Shown here in pieces: positions 46,076-55,673 of a stretch of DNA of 64,000 nt. Under the pieces are notes generated by a model, which had not been told where the DNA came from, ran no database searches, and saw nothing but the letters and a program-made list of their open reading frames with translations. Both the position numbers and the translations under genes were made by a program. Origin of the DNA: Holophagaceae bacterium (GTDB lineage: Bacteria; Acidobacteriota; Holophagae; Holophagales; Holophagaceae); NCBI GenBank assembly GCA_963970155.1, contig OZ019758.1, forward strand, positions 578,140-642,139, written 5' to 3'. Within the stretch, counting starts at the first letter, position 1. The number at the start of each line of letters is the position of its first letter.

Positions 46076-46504
46076 ATGCAACATACATTTCGAATCAACA
46101 CTAGGGTGCTCGTCCCCGCACAGGCGATTCGCATCGAGACAACTCGCTCCTCGGGGCCGGGGGGACAGAATGTCAACAAGCTATCCACGAAGGTCAAAAT
46201 GTACATCCATCTCGCCTTGATTCAAGGCCTGACCACAGAGGAGTCTGTACGATTATATAAACGACTAGCGGGGAAAATCTCCCTCAAAGGGGAAGTACTC
46301 GTTGTAAGTCAGCGAACACGGAGTCAATTGAAGAATCTTGAGGATGCAAAGGAAAAGGCCATGGCGCTGATCGCTAAATCCATCGCTTCTTCTAAGATGA
46401 GAATTCCCACTTCGGCCTCAGCCAACGCCTCCCATCGTCGCATTCAATCGAAAAAGTTGCGATCAGAAATTAAAAAGGGTAGATCGGCTAAAAATTGGGA
46501 CTAG
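46076..46504 (+). CDS. arfB: Alternative ribosome-rescue factor ArfB (peptidyl-tRNA hydrolase, YaeJ type)
   Basis: RSSGPGGQNVNKLSTKV GGQ motif and a basic C-terminal tail; 142 aa. Confidence 0.85.
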   Translation: MQHTFRINTRVLVPAQAIRIETTRSSGPGGQNVNKLSTKVKMYIHLALIQGLTTEESVRLYKRLAGKISLKGEVLVVSQRTRSQLKNLEDAKEKAMALIAKSIASSKMRIPTSASANASHRRIQSKKLRSEIKKGRSAKNWD

Positions 46505-46534
46505 GGCCTGTCGACTTCGAAGACTAAGGCCCTA
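46502..46534. terminator. Stem-loop between arfB and the 3' end of tRNA-Lys
   Basis: TAGGGCCT (46502-09, includes the arfB stop) pairs with AGGCCCTA (46527-34), with a 17-nt loop. There is a T-run on the minus strand shortly after it. Confidence 0.5.
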
Positions 46535-46546
46535 AATCTAATGGAC

Positions 46547-46623
46547 TGGTGCTCCCGACCGGACTCGAACCGGTGACCCGCTGATTAAGAGTCAGCTGCT
46601 CTAACCAACTGAGCTACGGAAGC
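46547..46623 (-). tRNA. tRNA-Lys (anticodon CTT), CCA encoded
   Basis: Cloverleaf folded by hand: acceptor GCTTCCG/CGGGAGC, D-arm GCTC/GAGC, anticodon stem GCTGA/TCAGC with loop CTCTTAA, T-arm ACCGG/CCGGT with loop TTCGAGT, discriminator A, then CCA; 77 nt. Confidence 0.9.
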
Positions 46624-46674
46624 CCTATTAGTTTCTCAGTTTTCGATCAATTCTCAAGAGAAAAAGAAGAAGGG

Positions 46675-47664
46675 TTAGAATTTTGGTAGTTTTACGATTT
46701 CCCTAACTTTTTCCATGGTCTCTTGGGCGACTTTTCGAGCTTGGGCATTTCCGTCCCTCAGAACATCGTCTAAGGACTTAGGGTTCTTCAGACTAGTTTG
46801 CACGCGCTCTCGGACGGGAGCGATCTTAACAATGAGGTTTTCAGCAACCTTCATCTTGCAATCAAAACAGCCGATCGATGCGGCACGGCAGCCTCGATTG
46901 ATCTCTTCTTGGTCATCTTGGGATGAAAAGATTTTGTGATAGCCAAAGACGGGACATTCATCGGGATTACCGGGATCAGTTTTTTTGACTCTTTTAGGAT
47001 CTGAAATCATTTGGCGTGTGCATTTTTCTTTGATTGCACTGTCTTCATCCGACAGATAAATACAGTTATTGTATGTCTTGGACATTTTACGTCCATCGAG
47101 ACCCAACACTTTTGCTGTGGGAGTTAAGACCGCTTGGGGTTCTTTAAAAAAGTCTGTGCTGTAGATATGGTTGAATCTTCGAGCAACTTCCCTTGTGAGT
47201 TCGAGATGAAATAGTTGATCTTCGCCGACGGGAACTTTATCAGCTTGATACATCAAAATGTCGGCTGCTTGCAGAAGGGGATACCCAAGGAACCCAAAGC
47301 TATTGAGATCAGCGTTGGAATTTGCTTGCTTTTCTTTATACGTCGGGACCCGCTCGAGCCAAGACAGGGGTGTAGTCATACTTAACAGCAATTGGAGTTC
47401 CGAATGCTCTTTGACAGCACTCTGGACGAAAATGGAAGCTGAAACTGGATTGATGCCTACGGCTAAAAAGGTTGCAGCCAACTCATAAACGGAAGGCCGA
47501 ATGACTTCTACCTGATTGTATTTGGAAGTGAGTGCATGCCAATCGGCAATCATGTAAAAGACTTTGTTGTCTTTTTGGAGAGCCGAAAAATTCTCTAGGG
47601 CTCCCACGAGGTGGCCGATGTGCAAGGATCCACTCGGTTGGATTCCTGATAGAACGACCGACAT
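46675..47664 (-). CDS. trpS: Tryptophan--tRNA ligase (variant with a Cys4 cluster motif)
   Basis: GIQPSGSLHIGHLVG (HIGH), KMSKT, and C-x21-C-x6-C-x2-C at residues 237-269. Confidence 0.9.
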   Translation of the reverse strand: MSVVLSGIQPSGSLHIGHLVGALENFSALQKDNKVFYMIADWHALTSKYNQVEVIRPSVYELAATFLAVGINPVSASIFVQSAVKEHSELQLLLSMTTPLSWLERVPTYKEKQANSNADLNSFGFLGYPLLQAADILMYQADKVPVGEDQLFHLELTREVARRFNHIYSTDFFKEPQAVLTPTAKVLGLDGRKMSKTYNNCIYLSDEDSAIKEKCTRQMISDPKRVKKTDPGNPDECPVFGYHKIFSSQDDQEEINRGCRAASIGCFDCKMKVAENLIVKIAPVRERVQTSLKNPKSLDDVLRDGNAQARKVAQETMEKVREIVKLPKF

Positions 47665-47669
47665 AACCC

Positions 47670-48410
47670 CTACCCCAAGAAAACGGTTTGCAATAGACCG
47701 AGTATACCAATCAGAAACATAAAAATAGGGTAGAGAATAATTCGAAATAAACCGGTAAACACCAGAATCAAAAGAACAATCTGCATGAAGGGTTGCAGGC
47801 GATCATAAAGTGGTAACCATGAATCGGGAATAAACGCTCTCAAGACGGAAGAACCGTCCAGGGGTCCTAAAGGGAGCATGTTGAAAATAGCTAGCCCCAT
47901 ATTGATGAGGATGCATTGCCCAGAGAGTGCGATAAGAACTGTCTGACTTGAGATCGTTCCCAATCGTTCGATCCCGGCATAGCCCGATAGAGAAGATTCA
48001 AAGAGCATATTCCGCTGATCGATGTCGACGACGGATGCCTTAATGAGAAAAACGGTAATAAAGAAAAAAACTAGACTTAAAACGAGATTAGATGCGGGAC
48101 CCGCAAAAGCCACCATGGCATATGAAGTCTTCATTCTTAATCGGCGAGTTAAATTGACGGGATTCACGGGAACAGGTTTCGCCCAACCGATGAAAGGTAT
48201 ACCCGTGGACATTCCAATGAGAGGAAAAAGGAAGGTTCCAATAGGGTCCATGTGGGCTATAGGATTGAGAGTCATACGACCCATCCTTTGCGCTGTCCGA
48301 TCTTCGAGAAGAAAAGCAGCGGTCGCATGGCTAGCTTCGTGAACACTCAAAGAGAAGAGGAGTGCTACATATGAAATCAGGATGGCGGGAAGTGAAAAAT
48401 TATCAAACAT
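47670..48410 (-). CDS. Site-2 protease (peptidase M50) family membrane metalloprotease
   Basis: HEASHA zinc motif in the first TM segment; polytopic; 246 aa. Confidence 0.75.
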   Translation of the reverse strand: MFDNFSLPAILISYVALLFSLSVHEASHATAAFLLEDRTAQRMGRMTLNPIAHMDPIGTFLFPLIGMSTGIPFIGWAKPVPVNPVNLTRRLRMKTSYAMVAFAGPASNLVLSLVFFFITVFLIKASVVDIDQRNMLFESSLSGYAGIERLGTISSQTVLIALSGQCILINMGLAIFNMLPLGPLDGSSVLRAFIPDSWLPLYDRLQPFMQIVLLILVFTGLFRIILYPIFMFLIGILGLLQTVFLG

Positions 48411-49657
48411 TAGATGACGATGGTCTCCTTAACTAGTTTACCTTCTCTGAATCGGCTCCATCGGAGAGGAGAGCAATCAATCGTTCGATAAGCGCCAAAG
48501 AAAATGAGTTCTGCTAGACATAGCCCAACCGCTGGGGACTCCATCGCTCCGTGACCGCTGTAACCCACCTGAAGCAAGAGATTTTTATAGTTATCGTGCC
48601 ACCCCACAATCGCATTGTGGTCGAGGGAATTAGTATCGTAGAGGCCGCCCCATCCTGACTTCAACTTACAGGAGGATGCCGAGGGGATTCTTTCCTGCAT
48701 CGGAAGATTCACTTCGTTGATGTAGTAGTCCTGTTCAAGAGTGGTATCAAAACTATCCGGTTCATCCTGTCTGGCCTTACCGATCATCAAATTGCCGCTT
48801 TCGTATTTAAAATAAATACCTTGATCAATAATGGTCAGGGGAATTTCTTTCCAGCGAGGATCCACGTTGGGGGATCCAGGGAATTCGGTGATAAACATCA
48901 TCCTTTTTTGGGCAATGACTGGTGTCAGATCTTCTTGACTCATGCCTGACCGCTTCAGGAGCTGATTGATCCATGGACCCGTGCACAAAGCTACCATCCC
49001 CCCGCTAACCGATTCCTCGAGTCCCTCGGGTGTCTTTAAGATCACGCCTGTCGCCACCCCGTTCTCAATCCGCACACTTAGGACTTCCGTATTTAGCTCG
49101 ATGACTGGAGGATTTGTATAATCAGTTAGGGCACGCTCAAAATAGCCTACCGCTGCTTGGCTAGGATCAAAGCTCCCACAGTCTTTACCAAAGACTCCCC
49201 CTACAATAGGCTCGAACCCAAGTGCTTGGACAATTTCTGGGTCCATATGATCGATGCCGCACAGAAGACCGGGGATTTTATTTTCTATGTCGCGCGGCTC
49301 GAGAACTTCGAAATTAACACCATTGGCCTTCCACTGTTCAAAAGCAGCAGGCATTTTATCCCAGGCTTTTTGATAGTAGGTAAAGAGGTATCCAGATCCT
49401 TGATAGGCGCACCCTACGCCCATCTCTTGGGTAAAGTTTTTTAAGAGTTCAATGGAGTAAGAGCAGAGTTTTTGATTGATATCGGTGGTCCAAAGATTCC
49501 GAAAACCTCCGGCGCTAAAAGCTGTCGGACCACTGGCAATCTTATCCCCACGGTCCACAACAAGAATGCTTCCTTTGAAGCCTAGTTTTAGGAGGTTGTA
49601 GATGAGGGATCCAGAACTAATTCCGGCACCGACCACAATAAGATCATATTTACGCAT
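48410..49657 (-). CDS. FAD-dependent oxidoreductase (DAO family)
   Basis: YDLIVVGAGISSGS dinucleotide-binding N-terminus; 415 aa; GHG near the C-terminus. Confidence 0.7.
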   Translation of the reverse strand: MRKYDLIVVGAGISSGSLIYNLLKLGFKGSILVVDRGDKIASGPTAFSAGGFRNLWTTDINQKLCSYSIELLKNFTQEMGVGCAYQGSGYLFTYYQKAWDKMPAAFEQWKANGVNFEVLEPRDIENKIPGLLCGIDHMDPEIVQALGFEPIVGGVFGKDCGSFDPSQAAVGYFERALTDYTNPPVIELNTEVLSVRIENGVATGVILKTPEGLEESVSGGMVALCTGPWINQLLKRSGMSQEDLTPVIAQKRMMFITEFPGSPNVDPRWKEIPLTIIDQGIYFKYESGNLMIGKARQDEPDSFDTTLEQDYYINEVNLPMQERIPSASSCKLKSGWGGLYDTNSLDHNAIVGWHDNYKNLLLQVGYSGHGAMESPAVGLCLAELIFFGAYRTIDCSPLRWSRFREGKLVKETIVI

Positions 49658-49665
49658 CGTTAGAT

Positions 49666-50400
49666 TTAATCATACTGAAGAAGCATCAGAAATTCTTGAT
49701 TGCCTTTTTGGCCTAAAATAGGCGATGAAATCACCTCTCGTGGCTTGAGATCGGTTGTACTAAAGAATAAAAAAAGGTCATCACAAATTCTTTGATGGGT
49801 AAGAGCGTCTGTAACGATCCCGCCGGCACCGACCTCTTCTCTTTTAGCTTCGAACTGAGGTTTAATCAGTAAGACAGCCTTGGATTTTTCTTTAAGAGAG
49901 CCTTGGACCGAGGGGATAACTTTTTTGAGTGAAATGAAGCTCAAATCAGCACAAAGGAAATCAATTCGATCTGGTATACAGGTGGGGTCCCAAGAGCGAG
50001 CATTCGTATTTTCCATGGAGACCACTTTGGGGTGGCTTCTGAGTTTCCAATCGAGCTGATTTGTACCCACATCGACTGCGTAAACTTTTCGAGCACCCCG
50101 CTGTATGAGGCAATCTGTAAAGCCGCCTGTGCTCGAGCCTAAGTCCAAGCAAATCTGTTCATGTACCGAAAGGTTCCAATGTCTAAGGGCGCTATCCAAT
50201 TTGAAGCCCCCGCGACTGACAAAAGGTATTTTCTCTTGCTTAAGGCGAATCTCAGCATCTATCGAGACGGAGACTCCCACTTTGTCCTGGATTTGGTTAT
50301 TTACCAAGATTTCTCCAGCCAGAATAAGGCCGTGTGCATGGCTGATATCTTTTGCTAATCCGAGGGAAAGCACGGATTGATCGAGCCTCATGGATGTCAT
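49666..50400 (-). CDS. tlyA: TlyA family rRNA 2'-O-methyltransferase
   Basis: N-terminal S4 domain, RGGFKL, DLGSSTGGFTDCL SAM motif, DLSFISL. Confidence 0.8.
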   Translation of the reverse strand: MTSMRLDQSVLSLGLAKDISHAHGLILAGEILVNNQIQDKVGVSVSIDAEIRLKQEKIPFVSRGGFKLDSALRHWNLSVHEQICLDLGSSTGGFTDCLIQRGARKVYAVDVGTNQLDWKLRSHPKVVSMENTNARSWDPTCIPDRIDFLCADLSFISLKKVIPSVQGSLKEKSKAVLLIKPQFEAKREEVGAGGIVTDALTHQRICDDLFLFFSTTDLKPREVISSPILGQKGNQEFLMLLQYD

Positions 50401-51413
50401 GGCTTTTCCTGATTGTTCAATTTCTTTTCCGCTTGAATCTTCCGATAGGCCTGAACAGCCTTGAGGTGATCCTCGAGTGTGGCAGAAAAAACATGAGTTC
50501 CATTACCATCAGCTACAAAATAGAGTTCTTCAGTCGTCGAGGGTTTGGCAGCTGCTTGCATCGAAGGTAGGCCTGGTGAGCATATCGGCCCAGGAGGAAG
50601 TCCTGAAATGCGATAGGTATTATAGGGATGAGATCGCCTTAGGTCTGTTCCCCCAATGCGTAACGGGTTGGGCAATCCTAACTTGAATTTACTATATTGA
50701 ACCGTTGGATCGCATTGGAGTGGGATTCCCTTCTTGAGGCGGTTGAGAAACACGCTTGCGATGCGCTCGCGTTCAGAATTCATCGTCGCTTCCGACTCGA
50801 TTAGACTGGCGAGAATAAGTGTTTCATAAGGTGAAAGGCCGTTCTTTATCTGCCGTGGAGGATAATATTTCTTGGAGCCTGCCACGAGCATCTTGATAAT
50901 GTCGACCGGCTCCATGGCGTGATTAATATAGTAAGTATTAGGCGCCAATAAACCCTCCAGATTCCTGGCCAAAGGCTCGTTCGTCAAAAGAATGAGTTCG
51001 GGGTCTGTCCAGAGGGACCAAAATTGATCTTTCGGCACATAATCTTTGAGGAGTTTCTCTATCTGCCAGCTATTTGTGCCCTCAGGGATAACGAGCTCGA
51101 CAAAAGTGCTATGACCACCCCAAATGATGCTGATGATTTCGAATAGAGTTGCCCTAGGAGGAATTAGATATTCGCCTTCTTGGATCTTCCTAAAATCTAC
51201 CTTGGCCCAAATACGAATAGGCAGATCGGATTCGATAATACTCGATGACTTGAGATGGCGGATAACCTGAGAAGCGGACATTCCTTTCTTAACTAAGACA
51301 ACTTGAGTTTCCATTAATTGATTTCTCTGCCGTAACAGCATTGCGCCGACGGCTATGGTAATAGCGAGTATACAGAGAGAGACTTTTATTAATTTAGAGG
51401 CATTTAAGGACAT
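50397..51413 (-). CDS. mltG: Endolytic peptidoglycan transglycosylase MltG (YceG family)
   Basis: N-terminal TM segment, LASLIESEA, LQCDPTVQY, YNTY..GLPPGPI motifs. ATGA overlap with tlyA. Confidence 0.85.
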   Translation of the reverse strand: MSLNASKLIKVSLCILAITIAVGAMLLRQRNQLMETQVVLVKKGMSASQVIRHLKSSSIIESDLPIRIWAKVDFRKIQEGEYLIPPRATLFEIISIIWGGHSTFVELVIPEGTNSWQIEKLLKDYVPKDQFWSLWTDPELILLTNEPLARNLEGLLAPNTYYINHAMEPVDIIKMLVAGSKKYYPPRQIKNGLSPYETLILASLIESEATMNSERERIASVFLNRLKKGIPLQCDPTVQYSKFKLGLPNPLRIGGTDLRRSHPYNTYRISGLPPGPICSPGLPSMQAAAKPSTTEELYFVADGNGTHVFSATLEDHLKAVQAYRKIQAEKKLNNQEKP

Positions 51414-51467
51414 AATGATTTATTATCCCTTAGATAGACCCAAAGAACGATTGACTCGAGGTATTCA

Positions 51468-52883
51468 ATGGCTGAGCATACGTATCAAAGACACATGGGG
51501 CTTTTCTCTTCCATCATGTTGATTGCTGGATCCATGATTGGCTCTGGAGTCTTCATTGTTGCCGCCGATATGATCCGTATTGGACACACGGGTTCCTCGC
51601 TTCTATTAGGGTGGCTACTGACGGGTGTTATCACGGTTCTATGTGCTTTATCTTTTGGCGAACTCGCGGGTATGTTTCCAAAGGCTGGAGGTCAATATTT
51701 CTACATTAAAGAAATTTATGGACCCATGACGGCTTTCACTTATGGATGGACCCTTTTTACAGTCATCGAATGCGGTACGATTGCAGCGGTCGCTGTAGGT
51801 TTTGGTAAATATCTAGGTACTTTCTTCCCGGGTATATCGGACACAGTATGGTTGGGCGCGCATATCCACATTGACCAAATAAACCTTTTCAATTTTATTA
51901 CCCTTGGACCTTACGATATGGGTCTTACCCCCTCTAGGCTCTCGGGTGTCGTTATCATTGCTTTCTTGAGTGGGATTAATCTCTTAGGGGTTAAAGCTGG
52001 CTCCAGAATCCAAAATATTTTGACTGTCGTCAAAATTGCAAGTTTAGCGGTTCTTATTTTTTGGGGGCTTTATTCACAACCTCAAGTCCCTCCGGACTCA
52101 AGCCCACTTCCGTTCACCCAAGACTCGGTCTATCACGGCTTTTTGATCAGCTTGCTGATTATGCAAACCGGCAGTCTTTTTAGCGCTACAGCTTGGGAAT
52201 CAATCACGTTTGTCTCTTCTGAAGTTAAAGACCCGAAACGCGTGATCCCGCTCGCTCTTTTCATCGGGACAACTCTTGTCTGCGGGATCTATTTCATAGT
52301 CAATTTGATCTATCTTAAATTCCTTGGACCAGTCGGTATTGCAACGGCTCCAAACGATCGGGTCGGAAGTTTGGCCCTGCAAACCATGATCGGATCTTCG
52401 GGAGCCTACCTAATGGCAGGTGGCATTTTAATAAGCATGTTTGGCTGTGTGAATGGAATCGTCTTATCCGGCGCCAGAGTCTACCAATCGATGGCCGAAG
52501 ATGGGGTTTTCTTCAAAAGTGTTAAGGCTTTGAACAGTAATGGTGTCCCGGCGTACGGCTTGGCCTATCAAGCAATCTGGAGTTGCATCTTGACGCTCAC
52601 AGGGACCTACGGCCAACTCCTTGATTTTGTAATGTTTGCGGCAATACTATTTTTCTTTATCACTGTCGTGGGAGTGATAATTTTGCGCATCCGCAAACCG
52701 GAATTAGAGCGGCCGATCAAGGTAATTGGCTACCCCTTAACGCCGCTTCTATACCTTTTATTATCGGGATCAATCATGATTGCTCTATTGATCTTCAGGC
52801 CTAGTTATACCTGGCCCGGATTATTGATCGTATTGATGGGTATCCCGATCTACCTTCTAAGGCCTAAAGAACAACGAGCCTAG
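51468..52883 (+). CDS. APC superfamily amino acid permease
   Basis: 471 aa with about 12 TM helices. IAGSMIGSGVF, GELAGMFPKAGGQY motifs. Confidence 0.8.
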   Translation: MAEHTYQRHMGLFSSIMLIAGSMIGSGVFIVAADMIRIGHTGSSLLLGWLLTGVITVLCALSFGELAGMFPKAGGQYFYIKEIYGPMTAFTYGWTLFTVIECGTIAAVAVGFGKYLGTFFPGISDTVWLGAHIHIDQINLFNFITLGPYDMGLTPSRLSGVVIIAFLSGINLLGVKAGSRIQNILTVVKIASLAVLIFWGLYSQPQVPPDSSPLPFTQDSVYHGFLISLLIMQTGSLFSATAWESITFVSSEVKDPKRVIPLALFIGTTLVCGIYFIVNLIYLKFLGPVGIATAPNDRVGSLALQTMIGSSGAYLMAGGILISMFGCVNGIVLSGARVYQSMAEDGVFFKSVKALNSNGVPAYGLAYQAIWSCILTLTGTYGQLLDFVMFAAILFFFITVVGVIILRIRKPELERPIKVIGYPLTPLLYLLLSGSIMIALLIFRPSYTWPGLLIVLMGIPIYLLRPKEQRA

Positions 52884-55501
52884 TTTTCGTTATCAAGGCC
52901 ACCCGCATTAAATCTCAGAATGCGTTTTACCTCGCTCTGTAACTGATCAGACGAGAGTTCATTCGTTCGACGCTTCGGCAGTGTTAGTTTGGGAAGTGTT
53001 TCTTGGGGCGATTCTTCTTGAGGTTCGACTCGGTAGAGATAAGTTATGATTTCATCCTCAAAGCCATAACGCATTTCTTGGAAATATTCGAAACTCTCCC
53101 TTTTGTACTCAACCAAGGGATCTTTTTGACCATACCCCCGGAATCCGATAGCTTCTTTTAGATGATCCATGACCAATAGATGTCGTTTCCAAGCTGCATC
53201 AATGATCTGGATGATGGATACCTTTTCGTGCCACCGCAAGACTTCGATCCTGGGGAAGCGATTTTCTTTTTCATCGTATTTGGTTTTTATGGCATGACTA
53301 ATTTGAGTCACTGCCGAGGAGGGATCTGATGGGAGGTGAGATGAATCAACGTCATGAGGCCCAAAGAGTTGCGTTAATCGCTCAGAGAAATGTTCGAGAT
53401 TACGCGTAGCGACCGTAGTGCAGAATTGATGATGAAGGCCCTCGATAATCTCAAAAGATATCTGCTGAATGTAGTCCTTAGTATTTCCCTTAAGGATTTC
53501 ATTTCTTAGGTTATAAAAATAAATTCGCTGTTTATTCATCACGTCATCATATTCGAGTAAGTGTTTTCGAATTTCGAAATGATGTGTCTCTACCCTCTTT
53601 TGACTCTTTTCAATGGAGGAACTAACCATACGGCTTTCAATAGGCTCATCATCATTCAGGCCAAAAGCAGTCATCAGGGTTTTGATTCTCTCTCCGCCAA
53701 AGATGCGCATTAAGTCATCTTCTAGGCTCAAGAAGAATCGGGATGACCCGGGATCTCCTTGTCGACCCGCACGGCCTCGGAGCTGGTTATCGATACGTCG
53801 GCTCTCGTGTCTTTCGGTACCTAAAATATGGAGGCCTCCTAACCCAATAACTTCCTGTTTCTCTTTTTCCGTCTCTGTCTGAAGTCGGGCAAGAGTTTGT
53901 CGATACTCGAGGGTTTCCTGATTGTCTTGATCGTAAACATCTTTTTGGGACTGAAGGTGTTCCGTTTTGGCTAAAGCTTCAGGGTTACCTCCGAGGAGTA
54001 TATCGGTTCCTCGGCCAGCCATATTGGTCGCAATGGTTACAGCCCCTTTTCGGCCAGCCTGGGCGATAATCTCAGCCTCTTTTTCATGGTGCTTGGCATT
54101 GAGAACGACATGACGAATGTTCGCTTTTTTCAATTCTTTCGAGAGCATTTCGCTGCTTTCGATACTTGCAGTACCAATCAAGATGGGTTGTCCAATCTCG
54201 TTGAGTTTCTGGACTTCTGACACAATAGCCTTGATTTTAGAAGTGGCTGTAGCAAAAACCATATCGGAATAATCACCTCGGATCATAGGCTGATTAGTAG
54301 GGATGACGATCACTTCAAGTTTATAAATTTGGTAAAATTCTTTGGCTTCAGTTTCTGCGGTTCCCGTCATTCCCGATAGGCGTTCATACATTCTGAAAAA
54401 GTTTTGGAAGGTCACAGTCGCTAAGGTTTGGTTTTCGGCATTAACCTCGACGCCTTCTTTGGCTTCAATCGCTTGGTGGAGGCCGTTAGACCAACGACGT
54501 CCGGGCATAAGCCGTCCAGTGAACTCGTCAACAATGACCACTTCCTTGCCCTTCCCATCTGCTTTATTCGCCACCATATATTCTTTATCTCGGTGATACA
54601 TATGATGAGCAAGCAATGCCTGACTAAGTCCGTGAAGATGCTCAATATTTGTCGGGTCGTAAAGATTGCCAACCCCAAGTAGGTTCTCCGCTCGTCCAAT
54701 ACCGCTATCCGTTAGGACAACTTGGCGATCTTTCTCTTCGATTTTGAAATCTGCATCGAGATTCAATTGGGGAACAATAGCGTCAATTTTATAGTATTTA
54801 GAGGTGTCTTCTTCGCTAGAGCCTGCAATAATCAGGGGGGTTCTTGCTTCGTCGATCAGGATACTGTCGACTTCGTCCACAATCGCAAAATGAAATCCGC
54901 GTTGGCAAAAATCAGAAAGATCCCATTTCATGTTGTCCCGAAGGTAGTCAAACCCTATTTCATTATTCGTGGCGTAGGTAATATCCTTGCCATAAGCCTC
55001 CCGCCGCTCTTCGTCACTGAGGCCATGTTGGATAACCCCAACCGACAATCCGAGCCAAGTATAGAGACGGCCCATCCATTCAGCATCTCGACGAGCAAGG
55101 TAATCATTAACGGTGACTAATTGGGCGCCTTTCCCTGTGAGCGCATTCAAATAAAGAGGTAGCGTCGCAGTAAGAGTCTTACCCTCTCCCGTTCGCATCT
55201 CTGATATTTTGCCTTCATGGAGAACGATTCCGCCAATGAGCTGAACGTCAAAGTGTCGCATACGCAAAACTCGCCTAGAAGCTTCTCGCACAACAGCAAA
55301 AGCCTCGGGGAGGATGTCATCTAGTATTTTTCCTTGGCTTAGTAATTCCTTAAAGTAAGGTGTTTTAGCCCGAAGATCTTGATCTGACAAGGACTGAATA
55401 GTCGGCTCAAATTGATTGACTAATTGGACAATTTTCCAAAGTCTTTTCAATTCTCGGTCATTTTTTGACCCAACAATTTTTTTGATTAAGTTATCAAGCA
55501 T
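52880..55501 (-). CDS. secA: Preprotein translocase ATPase SecA
   Basis: MRTGEGKTL, VTVNDYLA, DEVDSILIDEARTPLII, TNMAGRGTDI, LRGRAGRQGDPG motifs. 873 aa, no C-terminal zinc-binding tail. Confidence 0.95.
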   Translation of the reverse strand: MLDNLIKKIVGSKNDRELKRLWKIVQLVNQFEPTIQSLSDQDLRAKTPYFKELLSQGKILDDILPEAFAVVREASRRVLRMRHFDVQLIGGIVLHEGKISEMRTGEGKTLTATLPLYLNALTGKGAQLVTVNDYLARRDAEWMGRLYTWLGLSVGVIQHGLSDEERREAYGKDITYATNNEIGFDYLRDNMKWDLSDFCQRGFHFAIVDEVDSILIDEARTPLIIAGSSEEDTSKYYKIDAIVPQLNLDADFKIEEKDRQVVLTDSGIGRAENLLGVGNLYDPTNIEHLHGLSQALLAHHMYHRDKEYMVANKADGKGKEVVIVDEFTGRLMPGRRWSNGLHQAIEAKEGVEVNAENQTLATVTFQNFFRMYERLSGMTGTAETEAKEFYQIYKLEVIVIPTNQPMIRGDYSDMVFATATSKIKAIVSEVQKLNEIGQPILIGTASIESSEMLSKELKKANIRHVVLNAKHHEKEAEIIAQAGRKGAVTIATNMAGRGTDILLGGNPEALAKTEHLQSQKDVYDQDNQETLEYRQTLARLQTETEKEKQEVIGLGGLHILGTERHESRRIDNQLRGRAGRQGDPGSSRFFLSLEDDLMRIFGGERIKTLMTAFGLNDDEPIESRMVSSSIEKSQKRVETHHFEIRKHLLEYDDVMNKQRIYFYNLRNEILKGNTKDYIQQISFEIIEGLHHQFCTTVATRNLEHFSERLTQLFGPHDVDSSHLPSDPSSAVTQISHAIKTKYDEKENRFPRIEVLRWHEKVSIIQIIDAAWKRHLLVMDHLKEAIGFRGYGQKDPLVEYKRESFEYFQEMRYGFEDEIITYLYRVEPQEESPQETLPKLTLPKRRTNELSSDQLQSEVKRILRFNAGGLDNEN

Positions 55502-55673
55502 TGTCTAGTGAACTTTCACAGAATATTAGGATCTTTAAGTGTATCGCTAAATCGATCTTGCGGCTCGATCGAAAGTGACTTAATGGCCTCTAGACTTAGC
55601 CTCTTTCGCTAGAGCAACTTCCCATGCTGATCGAAATCTGCGAAAATTAAATTGAATCAACGGGAGAACCAAA

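Noticed and set aside
37523-46623. Genomic island bounded by a tyrosine recombinase and tRNA-Lys.
   Set aside because: The recombinase has full XerC/D motifs. The intervening genes include core functions (ruvB, ispF, cca, arfB). I saw no direct repeat of the tRNA 3' end.
46624-46674. TTGAGA...TAATAG promoter-like pattern shared by the tRNA-Lys upstream region and the feoA upstream region.
   Set aside because: The spacing is 21 nt in the tRNA case, and TAATAG ends only 1 nt before the mature tRNA 5' end. That is incompatible with a -10 element, so the similarity is probably chance.
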